From positions 81,156-113,155 of the forward strand of contig CAZYLT010000008.1 of assembly GCA_964648855.1 (NCBI GenBank): DNA of 32,000 nt, in the 5' to 3' direction. Below, one piece after another: positions 29,201 through 32,000 of the stretch (position 1 is its first letter; each line of letters begins with the position of its first letter). The notes beneath the pieces are model-generated. The model searched no databases. It was not told the origin of the DNA and saw only the letters and a list, made by a program, of their open reading frames with translations. Source of the stretch: an uncultured archaeon (lineage in GTDB: Archaea > Asgardarchaeota > Thorarchaeia > Thorarchaeales > Thorarchaeaceae). Position numbers and translations under genes: made by a program.

Positions 29201-29451
29201 AGGACAACAACATCAGAATACTTACCCTTCTCTTGCACTGTGTCCAATAGAATCTGCATCTCTTCCGAATCCTTCATGAATTCGGTGATAGTGCGTCTCA
29301 GCAACCTGCTCTCTGGACACTCTAGATTCTTCAGGAGTACCGTATTGACCTTCTGAATTGCTCCCTTCAAATCAGTGACAACGACAGGAAAGGTCAAAGC
29401 ATTCAAAGGCATTCGATGGATGAGTTCATCAAGGTCCCGTTTTGAAGTCAT
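26233..29451 (-). CDS. Cytoplasmic multi-sensor histidine kinase (PAS-GAF-GAF-like-PAS-PAS-PAS-HisKA-HATPase)
   Basis: PAS/PAC ends (QDIT, TDVT, RDMS), ERLAALGKLSGGIGHELRNPL, NIISNA, DTGTGI, FEPLFTRK, GIGLGL. Confidence 0.93.
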   Translation of the reverse strand: MTSKRDLDELIHRMPLNALTFPVVVTDLKGAIQKVNTVLLKNLECPESRLLRRTITEFMKDSEEMQILLDTVQEKGKYSDVVVLDIPAGRQTSYWVDASILVEGKTPVGIFWSFKNLTDPDASESESLQSWLQSSHVSSLLLAIRNVNQIIVQEQDFNKMLEKTCSSLVEARGYIGCAIAFAIEEGDMIRPQAHAGEAQMKVSWSATTHGEGDAPDCVLDSITQGKVQLIDSASDCIECTYRVECGPEPFWTVTIPITDSENTIGILQVIVRRRKALDEQEIELLREIAADLSIAWSKHQSEQARRHAEDDLRRLNRELESLVQHRTQELREANNVLRERVKEQTCLYSVSRIVRAETQSELEWMRELLEPIRQGWQFPDITEVRIRHGKQSMMTEGFHETDWILKSDALIYPEEELELAVAYSEERPDEDHGPFLKEELSLIREVTNLIAHELSKEQMQREIKEREQLLGMAIEGAAIGIVATNLRGEVLDSNKSFCNLVGYQKEELLTMNLWELDAEENKSTGKTDIQALVNGMKERVSFETIFKRKDSGYVFVIVNASIVHDLKGKPHQIVIQVQDITKRTELEQNYEIIANSIPGGIVHVMDSNFRYLFSAGELLQSVGLSDEALRGKSVFEVLPEDFARIVTEQYGRVLNGNKVQFEGEYGNRTFLVRAVPIRNTANEVDQILVLSTDVTRQKKAEKELKELNETLERRIEERTIQLRESQELYRTMLEIIPVAVVVTDLNMQIVIVNRMALKIHGFDSHEEMIGRNRRELIAPEDQERVVRNNERIKEVGSLRNLEYDLLRRDGSRVPSLLNVSVLRDKKGKPIHFIVVARDMSELRRLQNELLRKERLAALGKLSGGIGHELRNPLASISNGVYFLRMAIDSHDEEVRETLNIIDKELNNAVDIIESLLSFARPEPPTRKKVEITDVLREVMDDIDIPDNITMQIEEKINKSTILADPVQLKSVFENIISNAIESISGEGKIDVKIRQTTTDEVAVSVADTGTGIAQDELEKIFEPLFTRKTKGIGLGLAIAKSMIEAHQGRIEASNNPNKGACFTVYLPLRKET

Positions 29452-30852
29452 TCAGACACTCCCACGTCGCTATTTTTCCTCAGTTCTCCTCAATCGTTTG
29501 TTACAATCTCAAATATGCACGAAAGCTTATTAGTGTAATTTGGATATCTTGCAGGAGTTTGCTTTAACTCAACTAGTGGTTCCATTGATTTTCCGACAAA
29601 GCATATCTTTACACCGCATGATAGAAGACATTATTGACGAGCTATTGCCTAGACCCCGAGTATTCTACGCATCGACCAATTCTGCTTTGATTCAAAACAT
29701 GCTTGGTCTCTGGGCACCAATGTGTATTGATAATCTTAGATTCAGAATAGAACTGGTTGAACTATTGCTTCACCCAAATTGAAGTATTCTCCCCGATAGC
29801 TAGTTACTAGTTTGCATAGGATTTGCGTTACAATCTCTGTGTATTCCAGAAAATATTCAACTCATTTTATTCCTAATTAGCTTCTCCGCTCCTGTCACTC
29901 AATACTCACGGTCACTTCCTCATCCAGCTCCAAGCTCAGTATTCCATTAGCCATATGATCCTACCTTAGAGCTTCCTTAGATAGGCAAACTTGGTCGCAC
30001 AGTGCAGGTTAGTTATAGCTGCCCCTATTTCCCTTCTCTATATTTCAGAAGATATTCTCTGAGAGTAGCCCAGCTTTCCCAAAAGGACCTGGTGTGCTTA
30101 TTTCAATGAGCGAAATCGACTGGTTACAGAAAACTACCAAATTCTGTACTATCGATGAACTTCGGTTCCGCTATTGGTTCTTTCCGAGATGTAGTTTGGG
30201 TAGTGATTACGCCCATCTTATAGCCATTCCATGTACAGCAAAATCAGCTCTCCCTTGCGCGAAAGTAGATGAATCTGCTAATAATTGTAAACTATGCTGA
30301 GAGCAAATTTCTGAATTACTATGAATGAAAGAATTGCATGCCGCTAGTTTCCAAATTTCCATTTTGGGTTGGAGAATACTATTTGTCTGAAGACCATAAT
30401 CATTAATTTGGACTCAAGCTATGACCATGTTGTTCTTGTATGAATATATCACTATTTGATTGCATAAAAATATTCTACAGGGAATTGGGAACGAGAAGTG
30501 AGTTCTATCCACGCATGGAGCAGTTACTTGGATTTCTTGAATTCCAGCAGTTAATGAATGTATTTCTGACCATCAAAGGCTTCACTTATCTAATGCTTGA
30601 CGAGGTAGATGGAGCCAATTCAAGTGAGTCCTCTCAATGCAGGCATACCCTGACCTATATTGCTTCTTGTGTACACCTCGGTCAAATGCAGTGCCTAACT
30701 CACAATCAGTCTACAACTTCATATGCTAGCCTATCTGTATAAGAAGAACGACACAGCCCCATCCCACGAAGACCACATATCTTCCTTGCGCAAAAATCTA
30801 ACCTTCATAGCCACGTCCTGCACATATACTACTATGAACAACGAATCCAGCT

Positions 30853-31128
30853 TTACAATTTGGCATATTCTTTTCCTTTCGAGGTTATTCGATAGACATG
30901 TGTTGAATGCCCCCTTCGCGAGCACTTCATTGTACAGCCCGCACACAACGAAGAACTCTCTGTTGAGAGAGGCTCCTGTGTTAGGTATCCCTTTCTCGTT
31001 AGGAGACTCATGATTTCAGATACTGATTTGCCATCAATGTCGAGTTCTTTAGCAATCTGCTCAATGCTCAGGTAACCTTTCTTCTGGATAGTGCAGATTA
31101 TTTCTTTTATCATGTTCTCAAACACCAA
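30853..31128 (-). CDS. FeoC-like winged-helix protein with Cys cluster
   Basis: LSIEQIAKELDI...LTRKGYL wHTH and CAGCTMKC motif. Overlaps the end of feoA. Confidence 0.7.
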   Translation of the reverse strand: MVFENMIKEIICTIQKKGYLSIEQIAKELDIDGKSVSEIMSLLTRKGYLTQEPLSTESSSLCAGCTMKCSRRGHSTHVYRITSKGKEYAKL

Positions 31129-31516
31129 TCCCTTGGTTGGAGTGTAGTTGTTTCACAATTACCATGCTCGCCATGCCTCTCCCTAGAGCAAGCTTGCAGT
31201 CCCTCACTCCGAGAAGGATGGGTCCATGTTCTTGTAGGTTCAGAACTTCAACATGTGTGCCGGGAGTAAGCCCCATTTCCATTAAACGGTGTCCGGCACT
31301 TCCATGAAACCTTCGTCGCGGCTTGTGGTGCTGAACAAAGAGTGTGTTCGGGTTAGAAGAACAATGACGAACATGTCCGCATGGATTGGATTCATTAATT
31401 CTGATGATAATGCACTCGTCACCTATGTTCAATTCGGAAAGATTCATGTGACTCGTAGCAGGTGATTCTACTACTTTGTCTGAGCTTGCTATGAATGTTT
31501 GGTCCATTTTCTTCAC
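31118..31516 (-). CDS. feoA: FeoA family protein with His/Cys-rich insertion
   Basis: LSELNIGD...RLMEMGLTPGTHVEV...GPILLGVRDCKLALGRGMA. True start may be MNLSEL (31447). Confidence 0.85.
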   Translation of the reverse strand: MKKMDQTFIASSDKVVESPATSHMNLSELNIGDECIIIRINESNPCGHVRHCSSNPNTLFVQHHKPRRRFHGSAGHRLMEMGLTPGTHVEVLNLQEHGPILLGVRDCKLALGRGMASMVIVKQLHSNQGIGV

Positions 31517-31553
31517 ATCGGAGTCTTCTTCTCGGCGCTAAACAGGGATTAAT

Positions 31554-31691
31554 TTAGATATGACTTAATTATTTAAGTATGTCTAATTGTACGCATAATG
31601 ATTACCGACCTAATTTAGTCAAGACCGCCATTTGATAACAGAAAGAAATATAAGCGGTTTAGATTGGACTAACATTATTACATTAATCTAA
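31554..31691. promoter_or_regulatory. Divergent feo promoter with four TTAG-N6-CTAA-like boxes (DtxR/MntR-like operators)
   Basis: Boxes start at 31554, 31573, 31659 and 31678. BRE/TATA GAAAGAAATATAAG at 31641-31654. Confidence 0.6.
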
Positions 31692-31709
31692 ATCTGGAGT
31701 TGAAACACA

Positions 31710-31949
31710 TTGGAACAAAAACTAAGCAATTTGAAGGCTGGTGAGGCTGGTACTGTCGCGAAAGTGAAAAGTACTGGGCAAATCAGGAAACGAATACTGG
31801 ACATGGGTATCACAACCGGAGTCCGAGTCGAAGTGATTCGCGCTGCCCCATTGGGAGATCCCGTTGAGTTTGAACTCAGGGGCTACTTGCTGACACTCAG
31901 GAAGGACGAAGCAGATACAGTCATCGTATCAACGGAGGAAAGTGCATGA
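31710..31949 (+). CDS. feoA: Ferrous iron transport protein A
   Basis: RKRILDMGITTG...APLGDPVEFELRGYLLTLRKDEA. GGAG upstream of the TTG start. Confidence 0.93.
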   Translation: MEQKLSNLKAGEAGTVAKVKSTGQIRKRILDMGITTGVRVEVIRAAPLGDPVEFELRGYLLTLRKDEADTVIVSTEESA

Positions 31950-32000
31950 CTGTGCGTGTGGCTCTCATTGGCAATCCCAACGTCGGGAAAAGCGTCGTAT
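31946..32000 (+). CDS. feoB: Ferrous iron transport protein B, N-terminus (truncated by window)
   Basis: MTVRVALIGNPNVGKSVV G1 motif. ATGA overlap with feoA. Confidence 0.88.
   Translation, partial: MTVRVALIGNPNVGKSVV

Noticed and set aside
29500-29837. 11-bp direct repeat GTTACAATCTC at 29500 and 29827
   Set aside because: A single 11-mer pair in 1.4 kb is plausible by chance. No transposase or terminal repeats.
31554-31691. Short repeats as a possible CRISPR array
   Set aside because: Too short and degenerate, with no spacer periodicity and no cas genes. They fit operator sites.

Overview
Archaeal DNA, most consistent with an Asgard archaeon such as Thorarchaeota. This is an inference from gene content: giant Ig-repeat membrane proteins, a Ras/Rab-like protein, an opisthokont-like TyrRS, a PPP phosphatase, HD[IV]RN-type kinases, and TATA/GGTGA signals. 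Layout in order: (1) two tandem, overlapping giant single-pass surface proteins with filamin-like Ig repeats and a shared ~180-aa cytoplasmic tail (1-10290, +); (2) tyrS; (3) a minus-strand operon of DUF362, UbiA-type polyprenyl-phosphate phosphoribosyltransferase, PHP phosphoesterase and flippase-like protein; (4) a minus-strand operon of degenerate Rab-like protein, LOG-family protein and Ser/Thr phosphatase; (5) two unannotated small ORFs; (6) a membrane-anchored metzincin; (7) a ~200-nt structured ncRNA candidate; (8) a small beta-barrel protein; (9) four two-component genes with no DNA-binding output; (10) a 1.4-kb gene-free stretch; (11) a divergent feoC-feoA / feoA-feoB locus with paired operator-like boxes. 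The best novelty candidates are the receptor-like giant protein pair, the ncRNA, the putative lipid-linked pentose pathway and the pseudo-Rab operon. No CRISPR array, tRNA, rRNA or transposase was recognised. All family calls are by eye; no searches were run.
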